DNA of 64,000 nt from a virus. The stretch spans positions 133,425 to 197,424 of IMG/VR virus record IMGVR_UViG_3300032116_000013; one strand, given 5' to 3'. Positions within the stretch are counted from its first letter, which is position 1; each line of letters begins with the position of its first letter. The notes under the pieces are model-generated. The model had not been told where the DNA came from and made no database searches. It saw only the letters and a list, made by a program, of their open reading frames with translations. This document shows positions 49,077 to 57,756 of this stretch, piece by piece. Position numbers and translations under genes: made by a program.

Positions 49077-49105
49077 TTGCTTTGTATTTGAAAGAATAGT
49101 ATACT
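49077..49105 (+). promoter_or_regulatory. sigma70-type promoter for uvsY
   Basis: TTGCTT-17 nt-TATACT, ending 6 nt before the ATG. Confidence 0.65.
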
Positions 49106-49111
49106 TCGTGA

Positions 49112-49561
49112 ATGACTATACAAACTCCTCCTCTAGAAGCAATTATTGAGCAATGGGAAAAGGACTCAGACGTTGATTCGACTGAGCCTGGCAAAGAGAT
49201 CATTCGCATTCCTTTGCTGCACAACAAGTATAACAAATACTTGTCATTGCACAATCTATCCGCCAAGAAAGCAGCCATTGAGTTCGATCGTATGAAGAAA
49301 CTCAAGTGGATGTATTACACAGGCAAACTTGACCAAGAAGAATTGGATAAACTTGGTTGGGAACCTTTTAGATTTACGCTAAAGTCTGATATCAGCGTTT
49401 ACCTTGACGGTGATGATGATTTGAATAAACTCAAGCGCAAGAAATCATATCACGAAGAATGCGCAAAGTTTTGCGAGAACGTCATGAAGGAATTGAACTC
49501 TAGGACGTATCAACTGAAAGCCTATATGGACTGGGAACGCTTTATTCAGGGTGCTCGTTGA
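49112..49561 (+). CDS. uvsY: Recombination mediator
   Basis: LEAIIEQWEKDS, IPLLHNKY, YYTGK, PFRFTLKSDISVYLDGD, RTYQLKAYMDWERF..G. Confidence 0.92.
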   Translation: MTIQTPPLEAIIEQWEKDSDVDSTEPGKEIIRIPLLHNKYNKYLSLHNLSAKKAAIEFDRMKKLKWMYYTGKLDQEELDKLGWEPFRFTLKSDISVYLDGDDDLNKLKRKKSYHEECAKFCENVMKELNSRTYQLKAYMDWERFIQGAR

Positions 49562-51021
49562 TGTGTGACATTCGAGTCGAAAAATCTAATAACATTTACG
49601 TCAAGGTTGAAGCCGAAGATTCCATTCTACAAGAAATGTCGGACTTCTTCACCTTTTCGACTCCAGGCGCGCAGTATTCACCTGCCTTCAAGAATCGCTA
49701 CTGGGATGGCAAAATTAGACTGTTAAATTTGAAGACAAAGCAAATTTATTTGGGTCTTGAGAAATATATAAGGGAGTTCGCAAAACTACAGGGATATAGT
49801 TATGAATACGAAGAAGAAAAGGAATTCTACCCAGTCGATACCAAGAACCTTGCGTCTGCTCTCTCGCTTCCAATGGAGCCAAGAGATTATCAGTATCTGG
49901 CATCTAGCATCGGGCTTACAAAGAAAAGAACTGTACTCATTTCACCTACCGCATCAGGAAAATCGCTAATCATTTATATGATCATCCGCCACCTGTTGAA
50001 CACAGGTAAGAAGCGCGGATTGCTGATTGTTCCTACGATCAATCTTGTCACTCAGATGCACAGTGATTTCAAAAATTATTCCAGCAACAACGGATGGGAA
50101 GTTGACAAACACTGTCAGAAAATTTTTGGTGGTGAGAGCAAGATCCCTGATAGCGATCTAATAATTTCTACTTGGCAGTCGATCTATGATATGCCAAAGA
50201 AATACTTTTCACAGTTTGATTTCATTATCGGTGACGAAGCCCATACGTTCAAAGCCAAGTCGCTCACAAGCATCATGACTAAACTTATTAACTGCGACGT
50301 GCGCATTGGTACGACTGGAACGCTTGACGACAGCAAGGTCAACAAGTTAGTTCTTGAGGGGCTGTTCGGTCCTGTATTCAAAGTTATTTCTACCAAGCAA
50401 CTCATTGAACGCAAACAGTTGGCTAATTTCAGCATCAAGTGCATCGTTCTCAAATACCCTGAGACTGTATGTAAAGCAGTCAAAGGGTTTACTTACCAAG
50501 ACGAAATGCATTTCCTCACGCAAAACGCAGAGCGAAATAAATTTATTGTTGATCTTGCTCTCAATTTGAAAGGAAACTCACTAGTTTTATTTACTTACGT
50601 CGAGAAACACGGTAAACTACTATATGAATGGATTGAACAAAACTGCAAAGGCAGGAAAGTGTTTTTTATTCATGGTGGGGTTGAGGCTGAAGATCGCGAA
50701 GCAGTAAGGCACATTACTGAGCAAGAAAACGACGCGATCATTGTAGCCAGTTACGGAACGTTCTCGACAGGAGTAAATATTCGTAACCTACATAATATTA
50801 TATTCTCTTCACCAACCAAGAGTAAGATCCGCGCTCTTCAGTCTATTGGACGTGTGCTGCGTTTAGGTGAAAACAAAGACGCTGCTACACTTTACGATAT
50901 CGCTGATGATTTACGTTATGGTCCTTATACAAACTTCACACTGAAGCACTATGAGGAACGAGTGAAAATCTACAGCGAAGAAAAGTTTCCTTTCACAACG
51001 AATAACGTAAGGATAAGTTAA
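49558..51021 (+). CDS. uvsW: SF2 RNA/DNA helicase
   Basis: FKNRYWDGKIRL, PRDYQ, SPTASGKSLIIY, GDEAH, FSTGVNIRNLHN, ALQSIGRVLR. Confidence 0.97.
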   Translation: MMCDIRVEKSNNIYVKVEAEDSILQEMSDFFTFSTPGAQYSPAFKNRYWDGKIRLLNLKTKQIYLGLEKYIREFAKLQGYSYEYEEEKEFYPVDTKNLASALSLPMEPRDYQYLASSIGLTKKRTVLISPTASGKSLIIYMIIRHLLNTGKKRGLLIVPTINLVTQMHSDFKNYSSNNGWEVDKHCQKIFGGESKIPDSDLIISTWQSIYDMPKKYFSQFDFIIGDEAHTFKAKSLTSIMTKLINCDVRIGTTGTLDDSKVNKLVLEGLFGPVFKVISTKQLIERKQLANFSIKCIVLKYPETVCKAVKGFTYQDEMHFLTQNAERNKFIVDLALNLKGNSLVLFTYVEKHGKLLYEWIEQNCKGRKVFFIHGGVEAEDREAVRHITEQENDAIIVASYGTFSTGVNIRNLHNIIFSSPTKSKIRALQSIGRVLRLGENKDAATLYDIADDLRYGPYTNFTLKHYEERVKIYSEEKFPFTTNNVRIS

Positions 51022-51437
51022 TGACAGAAGAAAAACAATTGAAGTTTGTTAGACTTCGCAGTTTACCAGAAGATCTAATAGGATATGTAACGTATAAAGA
51101 CGAATGCATAGTAATTGAAACTCCATTGAAAATTGAAGTTGAAACCTTTTTTGAAGAAGGTCGACAGATTCTATGCATGCAAGAATATCTCCCGCAAACA
51201 GTTATTGAGATTAGAGAAATAGAATTGCCTCTGGCTGATATCATGTTCGTGACGCCAGTCAAAGAACAATTTATTGAGCAGTACGAATACGTTCGCGATT
51301 TCTTTTACAATAACGAAAGCAAAATCAGAAACCCACTTATGCCAAAGAAAACGCAAGAAGAAACGCAAGAAGAAGTGACAAAGGTCGTTTCTATTCTTGA
51401 AGCAATGGCAAACAAAAAGGACAAACCAGTACATTAA
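51021..51437 (+). CDS. Conserved T4-like hypothetical protein (Sm-like)
   Basis: Between uvsW and gp55 with TAATG coupling; LKFVRLRSLPEDLIG N-terminus. Confidence 0.7.
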   Translation: MTEEKQLKFVRLRSLPEDLIGYVTYKDECIVIETPLKIEVETFFEEGRQILCMQEYLPQTVIEIREIELPLADIMFVTPVKEQFIEQYEYVRDFFYNNESKIRNPLMPKKTQEETQEEVTKVVSILEAMANKKDKPVH

Positions 51438-51439
51438 TT

Positions 51440-51979
51440 ATGGCAAAGAATCACTATATCAATAACAAAGATTTTCTCAAGGAAATGATTGCTTATAGGC
51501 AAGCGATCCGCAAAGCAAAGAGAAGTGGTGCACCGAAACCGCAAATCCCGCGATACGTCGGTGAGTGCTTCATGAAAATTGCTGAGAATCTTTCACACAA
51601 ACCAAACTTCCTGTCATATACTTTCCGTGATGAAATGGTTGCTGACGCAATCGAGAACTGCGTGATGTACGTTGACAATTTTGACCCGAGTAAATCTAGC
51701 AATCCATTTGCCTATTTCACTCAAATAACGTATTATGCATTCTTACGTCGCATTCAGAAAGAAAAGAAGCAGTTGTATGTCAAGTACAAGGCTACTGAAA
51801 CGGCAGGAACTCTTGATGAGTTTGAGTTGAATGAAAACGAGGATGGTACATTCAGACAATTTGAATTGTATGAAAACATCTCTGAGTTCATTGTAAACTA
51901 TGAGAACGCAAGAAAAGAGAAGAAAGCCAAGAAAGCAGGTTTGGAGAAATTTGTAGATGAAAATAGCAATTCTGGGTGA
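51440..51979 (+). CDS. gp55: Late transcription sigma factor
   Basis: HYINNKDFL, YVGECFMKIAENLSHKPNF.SYTFRDEMVADAIENC, NPFAYFTQITYYAFLRRIQKEKKQ. Confidence 0.97.
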   Translation: MAKNHYINNKDFLKEMIAYRQAIRKAKRSGAPKPQIPRYVGECFMKIAENLSHKPNFLSYTFRDEMVADAIENCVMYVDNFDPSKSSNPFAYFTQITYYAFLRRIQKEKKQLYVKYKATETAGTLDEFELNENEDGTFRQFELYENISEFIVNYENARKEKKAKKAGLEKFVDENSNSG

Positions 51980-53012
51980 TTGTCACTTCGGTGTGAGAGG
52001 AGATTCAATTGCCTTTCACAATCATTATCGTAAATTTTATTTGGAAACTTTTTTCCCTTATTTGGTGCAAAATGGAATTACCACCATCTTTCAGTTGGGT
52101 GACTTATTTGATCGTCGGAAGTATATCTCTTTTCAGTCTCTTGCTCTTTGCCGTCGTTACTTTTTTGATCAGTTAGTCAAACACGATATACAGTGTCATG
52201 TATTGCTTGGCAATCATGACATTTTCTTCAAGAACACTCTTGAGGTAAACTCGCCTGATCTTCTTTTGCGCGATTACAAAGACCATGTGTTTTTGTACGA
52301 TAAGCCAACTCAATGGCAGAGCGTAGACGTGATTCCTTGGATCTGCAAAGACAACGAATTGGAGATCATGGACTTCATCAAGCGCAGTACAAACGAAGTG
52401 TGTTTTGGTCACTTTGAACTTGCTGGCTTCGAAATGGATCGCGGCAATATCTGTCATGAGGGTATGGACGCAAGCGCACTCAGCAAGTATGATCTAGTTC
52501 TATCAGGTCATTTTCATCACAAGAGCACTAACGGAAGTATTGTATACGTTGGAACTCCATCAGAACATACTTGGGCTGATTACAATGATGAACGTGGCTT
52601 TCATATTCTTGATACTGAAACTCGCGAGTTGACGTTCATACCTAACCCTGAGAAGATGTTCTACAAGATAAACTATAACGATGACAAACTATTCTACAAT
52701 GATATTATAGAAACGGATTACTCTTACCTTGCTAACAAATATTTGAAAATTGTAATTGAAAAAAGAACTAATACATTTTTATTTGATACGCTGATTGATC
52801 AGATTACAAAAGTAACACCAATAGAAGTATCAGTAGTTGAAGACTTCTCTGAGATTACTAACAACGTTGATGTTGACATTGATCAGGCTGAAGATACAAT
52901 TACAATTCTAAATAAGTATGTTGATGGCTTGACTTTACCAGTAGAATCAGATAAGATAAAAAATGTGTTGCGCGAAGTGTACAATGAAGCAATGGCTATG
53001 GAGTCAGCGTGA
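51957..53012 (+). CDS. gp47: Recombination endonuclease subunit (Mre11/SbcD-like)
   Basis: ILGDCHFG, LGDLFD, LLGNHD, GHFEL.GF, LSGHFHHK. Confidence 0.96.
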   Translation: MKIAILGDCHFGVRGDSIAFHNHYRKFYLETFFPYLVQNGITTIFQLGDLFDRRKYISFQSLALCRRYFFDQLVKHDIQCHVLLGNHDIFFKNTLEVNSPDLLLRDYKDHVFLYDKPTQWQSVDVIPWICKDNELEIMDFIKRSTNEVCFGHFELAGFEMDRGNICHEGMDASALSKYDLVLSGHFHHKSTNGSIVYVGTPSEHTWADYNDERGFHILDTETRELTFIPNPEKMFYKINYNDDKLFYNDIIETDYSYLANKYLKIVIEKRTNTFLFDTLIDQITKVTPIEVSVVEDFSEITNNVDVDIDQAEDTITILNKYVDGLTLPVESDKIKNVLREVYNEAMAMESA

Positions 53013-54718
53013 TCCTATTCAAGACTGTTAGATACAAAAATTTCCTATCAACAGGAAATGTATTTACAGAAATCAATCTGAATGAGAATCCAACGACGTT
53101 GATTGTTGGTGAGAATGGCGCTGGGAAATCTACTTTCCTAGACGCTATCACATTCTCATTGTTCGGCAAGCCATTCCGTAACATCAATAAGCCGCAACTA
53201 GTCAATTCTATCAACGAAAAAGATTGCGTAGTTGAGGTTGAGTTTTCTATTGGTAAAAAAGAATATAGAATAGTTCGTGGAATCAAACCAAACGTATTTG
53301 AAATCTATCAAGACGCAACGCTAGTAAACCAAGACGCAAAGTCCAAAGACTATCAAGAGTTCCTCGAGAAAACAATTCTCAAGATGAACTACAAATCATT
53401 CACGCAAATCGTTATCCTAGGATCGACAAACTTTACTCCATTCATGCAGTTGTCAGCGTCGGATCGTCGCGCTGTCATTGAAGACTTGCTCGACATTCAG
53501 ATCTTCTCTGCCATGAATGTGATTGTAAAGAGCAAACTACACACACTAAAGGATGAAAGCGCGCAACTCAAAATACAGATCGACAACACTAAAGATAAAA
53601 TCGAACTACACAAGAAGCACTTAGAAGAACTGAAGAAAAATACAAAGGAACTTATTGACGCAAAGAAACTAGAAGTAAAACAAAACTACGATTCATGGGA
53701 TGCTCTAGTTGAAGAAGGTGCAGTTGTTCAATTTCAAATCGATGAACTAGTCAAACAAGTAACCGATGAAGACACAAACACGAAGCGATTTCAAAAGTTA
53801 AACAACCTTGAAGCCAAGATCGAAGGGAATATTCAGAAACTCGAAAAAGACATCGAGTTTTATTCTGTAAATTCGACTTGTCCAACCTGCGATCAGGCTA
53901 TCAACAACAAAGAAGAAAAAGTACATACGTGCAATAGTAAAATTACAGAACTGACTGAAGGTCTAAGCAAACTGAAGGAAGAAAGCGATGCCGTTTTACA
54001 CCGAATCAACACCATCAAAGCAACACAAAAACAACTCAAAGATCTTGAACAAGAACTTGTCCGCATTAATACTTCTCGTAGCCAAATTAGAAAGTACATT
54101 AAGAAACTTGAAGATGAGATTACAGAAATAGAAAGCAAGCCAGCAATGAGCGACACGTTCAAAGCACAAAGCAAAACATTACTGAACGATCTACAAGCGC
54201 AAAACGAAAAAAGAAAAACAGTATCAGAACAAACAGTACAGTACGATATAGTTGCACAATTATTGAAAGACGGTGGAATCAAGTCAAAAATTATCAAACA
54301 GTACATACCGATCATAAACAAGTTAGTCAATAAGTACCTGGCTTCGATGGACTTCTTTGTCAACTTCACCATCGATGAGGAGTTCAAAGAGTCCATCAAG
54401 TCTCGTCATCGCGATGATTTTAGTTATGAAAACTTCAGCGAGGGTGAGAAGAAGCGTATTGACCTTGCGTTGTTGTTTACTTGGCGAGCAGTAGCCAAAC
54501 TAAAGAACAGCGCCAATACAAATCTTCTCATCTTCGATGAAGTGTTTGATGGTTCACTAGACGTAAATGGTATTGAAGAATTTATGAAATTGATAAATAT
54601 GTTCGCTGATGGGACGAACATATTTGTAATCTCTCATAAGTCTGATCAAATGGTCGACAAATTCAAACATGTAGTTAAATTTGCAAAAGTAAAAAACTTT
54701 TCTCAGATGGTGAATTGA
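53009..54718 (+). CDS. gp46: Recombination endonuclease ATPase subunit (Rad50/SbcC-like)
   Basis: YKNFLSTGN, GENGAGKST, zinc hook CPTC, FSEGEKKRID, FDEVFDGSLD, VISHK. Confidence 0.97.
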   Translation: MILFKTVRYKNFLSTGNVFTEINLNENPTTLIVGENGAGKSTFLDAITFSLFGKPFRNINKPQLVNSINEKDCVVEVEFSIGKKEYRIVRGIKPNVFEIYQDATLVNQDAKSKDYQEFLEKTILKMNYKSFTQIVILGSTNFTPFMQLSASDRRAVIEDLLDIQIFSAMNVIVKSKLHTLKDESAQLKIQIDNTKDKIELHKKHLEELKKNTKELIDAKKLEVKQNYDSWDALVEEGAVVQFQIDELVKQVTDEDTNTKRFQKLNNLEAKIEGNIQKLEKDIEFYSVNSTCPTCDQAINNKEEKVHTCNSKITELTEGLSKLKEESDAVLHRINTIKATQKQLKDLEQELVRINTSRSQIRKYIKKLEDEITEIESKPAMSDTFKAQSKTLLNDLQAQNEKRKTVSEQTVQYDIVAQLLKDGGIKSKIIKQYIPIINKLVNKYLASMDFFVNFTIDEEFKESIKSRHRDDFSYENFSEGEKKRIDLALLFTWRAVAKLKNSANTNLLIFDEVFDGSLDVNGIEEFMKLINMFADGTNIFVISHKSDQMVDKFKHVVKFAKVKNFSQMVN

Positions 54719-54719
54719 T

Positions 54720-55283
54720 ATGAGTAAAATACTAAAATATATTAAAGGCGACTTGATTGAATGTGAAGTTTTTAAGTTGGTAGATTTTTATGATGCTATT
54801 TTGAGGCAGCCAACCACTCCATTTGATTTTAGCGCAAGAACATACAAAGAAGCGCAGTACATTGCATATTCTCTGACCGAAACTTTAGAGAAAAATAAAG
54901 GATTGGGTTTATCAGCTAATCAGGTTGGATTAAAAGATCGTGTTTGTGTTATCAACATGGGTGATAAGGCATGGGTAATGTTTAACCCCTATATTGTTGA
55001 AAAGTCTGAGGATAAATCAGAATTCGGTGAAGGGTGCTTATCCTATCCTGGGCTATACTTAAAATTGCAAAGACCAAACACAGTCAAAGTAAGATTCCAA
55101 GCAATCGGTGGTGAATTTGTTGAGCATGAGTTCAGCGGATTGACTTCTGTTTGCGTTCAGCATGAATTGGATCACCTAGATGGAATCGTATACACTGATC
55201 GCATCAGCCCAATTAAACTAGAGCAAGCCAAGAGAAAGGTAAAAAAGACTCTAAAAAAGATAGCAAAAGTAACGGCTGCGTAA
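54720..55283 (+). CDS. def: Peptide deformylase
   Basis: GLGLSANQVG, EGCLS and QHELDHLDG: all three PDF motifs. Confidence 0.93.
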   Translation: MSKILKYIKGDLIECEVFKLVDFYDAILRQPTTPFDFSARTYKEAQYIAYSLTETLEKNKGLGLSANQVGLKDRVCVINMGDKAWVMFNPYIVEKSEDKSEFGEGCLSYPGLYLKLQRPNTVKVRFQAIGGEFVEHEFSGLTSVCVQHELDHLDGIVYTDRISPIKLEQAKRKVKKTLKKIAKVTAA

Positions 55284-55308
55284 GTTATTGATTCTATTAG
55301 GGTTTTTA
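55277..55308. repeat. 32-bp direct repeat, copy 1, containing an IHF consensus
   Basis: TGCGTAAGTTATTGATTCTATTAGGGTTTTTA; 31/32 identical to 57676..57707. Confidence 0.9.
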
Positions 55309-55311
55309 CCC

Positions 55312-55340
55312 TTTACTTTTAGCGAAAAATAGCCCATAAT
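55312..55340 (+). promoter_or_regulatory. sigma70-type early promoter
   Basis: TTTACT-17 nt-CATAAT upstream of the 55367 start (GAGG RBS). Confidence 0.65.
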
Positions 55341-55366
55341 TGCGCTATAAGGCTTGAGGTAAAGAA

Positions 55367-57682
55367 ATGGCAATACAAGAATCTAAATCGATCCTCGCGA
55401 AATTGCTCGCGACGGAAAATATTACGGTCTCGCACCAAAGCGTCAAGACCGCATACTTCGATCTTAAGAGTCGAACCATGGTTCTTCCTGTGTGGAAGGA
55501 AATGGACGGCAACCTTTATGATCTTCTGACGGGTCATGAAGTCGGTCATGCTCTGTATACGCCAGCCGAAGGTTGGCATAATGAAGTTTCCACGACCAGC
55601 AAGAAGTTCAAAGACTTCTTGAACGTTGTCGAAGATGCTCGCATCGAGAAACTCATCAAGCGCAAGTTCCCTGGACTTTCCAAGTCCTTCGCCAATGCTT
55701 ACGCATCATTATATGATCGCGATTTCTTCGGCGTCAAGAAACTCGGTGACCTCAACAAACTCAATCTGATTGACCGTATCAATCTGCGGTTCAAGATGGG
55801 CGCGCACGTTGTTGTTACTTTCAATGACGCTGAGCGCGATATCGTGCGTGACGTTGAGAACGCTGAGACCTGGGATCAAGTTGTTGAAATTGCGAAGCGT
55901 GTTTACGAATACGTCAAAGAAAATGAGCCTGAGAAGGTTCAAAATTCGCAAGACTTGAGCGATGCTTTTTCTGAGCAAATGTCCCAAGATTCTGGTGACA
56001 TGGATTCAGAAGAAGATGATGATCTTGATGATCTTGATGATTCTGACGACAGCGAAGAAACTGATGAAGATTCAGAAGATGCCGAGTCGGGTCTTGACGG
56101 TGAATCACGCGGCGATGATTCAGATGATTCCGACGCTGATTCTTCTGATGATGAAGAGTCAGACGAAGAAACTGAGGCTGACGGCAGTTATGCTGGCGGT
56201 GCTGGCGATTCAGAAGATGAAAATGACGATGAGCCGCAGTCAGTCACTGACCGCATCTTCCGTCAGCGCGAGCAAGAATTGGTGAATGCTTCTGGCAAAG
56301 TCTTCATGTACAACTTGCCTGATGCTGACCTTGACCGTATCATCCTTCCGAATACTGAAGTGGTGAATGATCTTGAACAATACTTCAAGAAACAGATTGC
56401 TGAGCCGCACAAGCCATACGGTCGCGCCAAGGTTTCTTATGAGACCGTTGTACAGAAGTCTGTGCGTCGTTTTAATGCTGAAAACAAGAAGGTTATCATG
56501 CATATCTTGAAGGAATTCGAGATGCGCAAGGTTGCCAGTCAGTATGCTCGTGCTCAGACTGCTCGGACTGGTGAGTTGAACATGAACGTGCTGCACAAGT
56601 ACAAGTTCAGCAATGATCTTTTCCGCAAAATCACCGTTGTGCCGAAGGGCAAAAATCACGGTTATATTCTGTTTGTTGACATGTCTGGTTCGATGTGCGA
56701 TCTTCTTCGCAACACGATTGATCAATTGTTGATTCTTGCGTCATTCTGTAAACTTGCCAAGGTTCCTTTCGAGGCATATGGTTTCAGCGATGATTATTAT
56801 AACAACAATAAATTGCGCGAAATGAAGTCAATGAAGTCTTTCGCATCAGACAGAAAGAATGAAATGTATGTTAGCGAAGATTGGTTTCATCTGAAGCATC
56901 TGATCGGCACCTCGCTGCCTCCGCTGCAGTATCGCAAGGCTTTCAATATGCTTTGCGTTGTTGCTGCTGAATATCCTGCTCGTCGTACCAGTTACTTTTC
57001 TGCTCCTAAAGATGGTGACTTTGATAATTGGATGGATTCTGGTTTCGGTTTGCACGGCACTCCGTTCTCTGAAACACTTTTGGCTTCACGTGAAATAATC
57101 ACCAAGTTTCAAAAGTTGCATCAACTTGAAGTTTGTAACGTCGTCTATCTGACTGATGGTATGGGCAATCAGGATCGTGTTCGCTTTCCGCAAAATTCGG
57201 AGATCGAATCGAATCACGGTTTTCTCCGCAGTGATATTTCTGATGCGGTTGTCTACATTGTAGATAAGAAAACGCAGAAGAAGATCAAGTTTGAAACTCG
57301 ATACCCTGCCCAAGAAATGCAGACTCGGCTGACGCAGTTGGTCGCCGACGTCACTGGCTGTAAGCATATCGGTTTCTACATTATGCATCGCAAAGAGTTG
57401 AGTCGAGCAGTTCGTGACTATTTGCCGAATGGTTCCTTTCAAGAAATTGAAACTGCCAAGAAGTCGATTCGCGAAAACAACTTCTTCTCTTGCGCAACTC
57501 TTGGTTATGAAAAGTATTTCTATGTCGGTCTGCCTTCTGATAACGTGAAGGATGAGGCTCTTCAAATTACTCAAGAAATGAACAAGAGTAAGATGGCGAA
57601 GGTGTTCTCGAATACGCTGACCAGCAAACGCACCAATCGCCTACTTTTAACTAAGTTGGCTGAAGAATTGGCGGTTGCGTAA
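55367..57682 (+). CDS. HEXXH metallopeptidase-like + acidic linker + VWA-domain protein (CobT-like partner of the MoxR AAA)
   Basis: GHEVGHALYT..NVVEDARIE, long D/E tract, GELNMNVLHKY, MIDAS FVDMSGSM, YLTDG. Confidence 0.8.
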   Translation: MAIQESKSILAKLLATENITVSHQSVKTAYFDLKSRTMVLPVWKEMDGNLYDLLTGHEVGHALYTPAEGWHNEVSTTSKKFKDFLNVVEDARIEKLIKRKFPGLSKSFANAYASLYDRDFFGVKKLGDLNKLNLIDRINLRFKMGAHVVVTFNDAERDIVRDVENAETWDQVVEIAKRVYEYVKENEPEKVQNSQDLSDAFSEQMSQDSGDMDSEEDDDLDDLDDSDDSEETDEDSEDAESGLDGESRGDDSDDSDADSSDDEESDEETEADGSYAGGAGDSEDENDDEPQSVTDRIFRQREQELVNASGKVFMYNLPDADLDRIILPNTEVVNDLEQYFKKQIAEPHKPYGRAKVSYETVVQKSVRRFNAENKKVIMHILKEFEMRKVASQYARAQTARTGELNMNVLHKYKFSNDLFRKITVVPKGKNHGYILFVDMSGSMCDLLRNTIDQLLILASFCKLAKVPFEAYGFSDDYYNNNKLREMKSMKSFASDRKNEMYVSEDWFHLKHLIGTSLPPLQYRKAFNMLCVVAAEYPARRTSYFSAPKDGDFDNWMDSGFGLHGTPFSETLLASREIITKFQKLHQLEVCNVVYLTDGMGNQDRVRFPQNSEIESNHGFLRSDISDAVVYIVDKKTQKKIKFETRYPAQEMQTRLTQLVADVTGCKHIGFYIMHRKELSRAVRDYLPNGSFQEIETAKKSIRENNFFSCATLGYEKYFYVGLPSDNVKDEALQITQEMNKSKMAKVFSNTLTSKRTNRLLLTKLAEELAVA

Positions 57683-57707
57683 GTTATTGATTCTATTAGA
57701 GTTTTTA
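57676..57707. repeat. 32-bp direct repeat, copy 2, containing an IHF consensus
   Basis: TGCGTAAGTTATTGATTCTATTAGAGTTTTTA. Confidence 0.9.
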
Positions 57708-57710
57708 TGG

Positions 57711-57739
57711 TTGATATTTTCTATAGTTTAGGCGATAAT
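57711..57739 (+). promoter_or_regulatory. sigma70-type early promoter
   Basis: TTGATA-17 nt-GATAAT upstream of the AAA gene. Confidence 0.6.
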
Positions 57740-57756
57740 ATGTATATGGTAAACGA

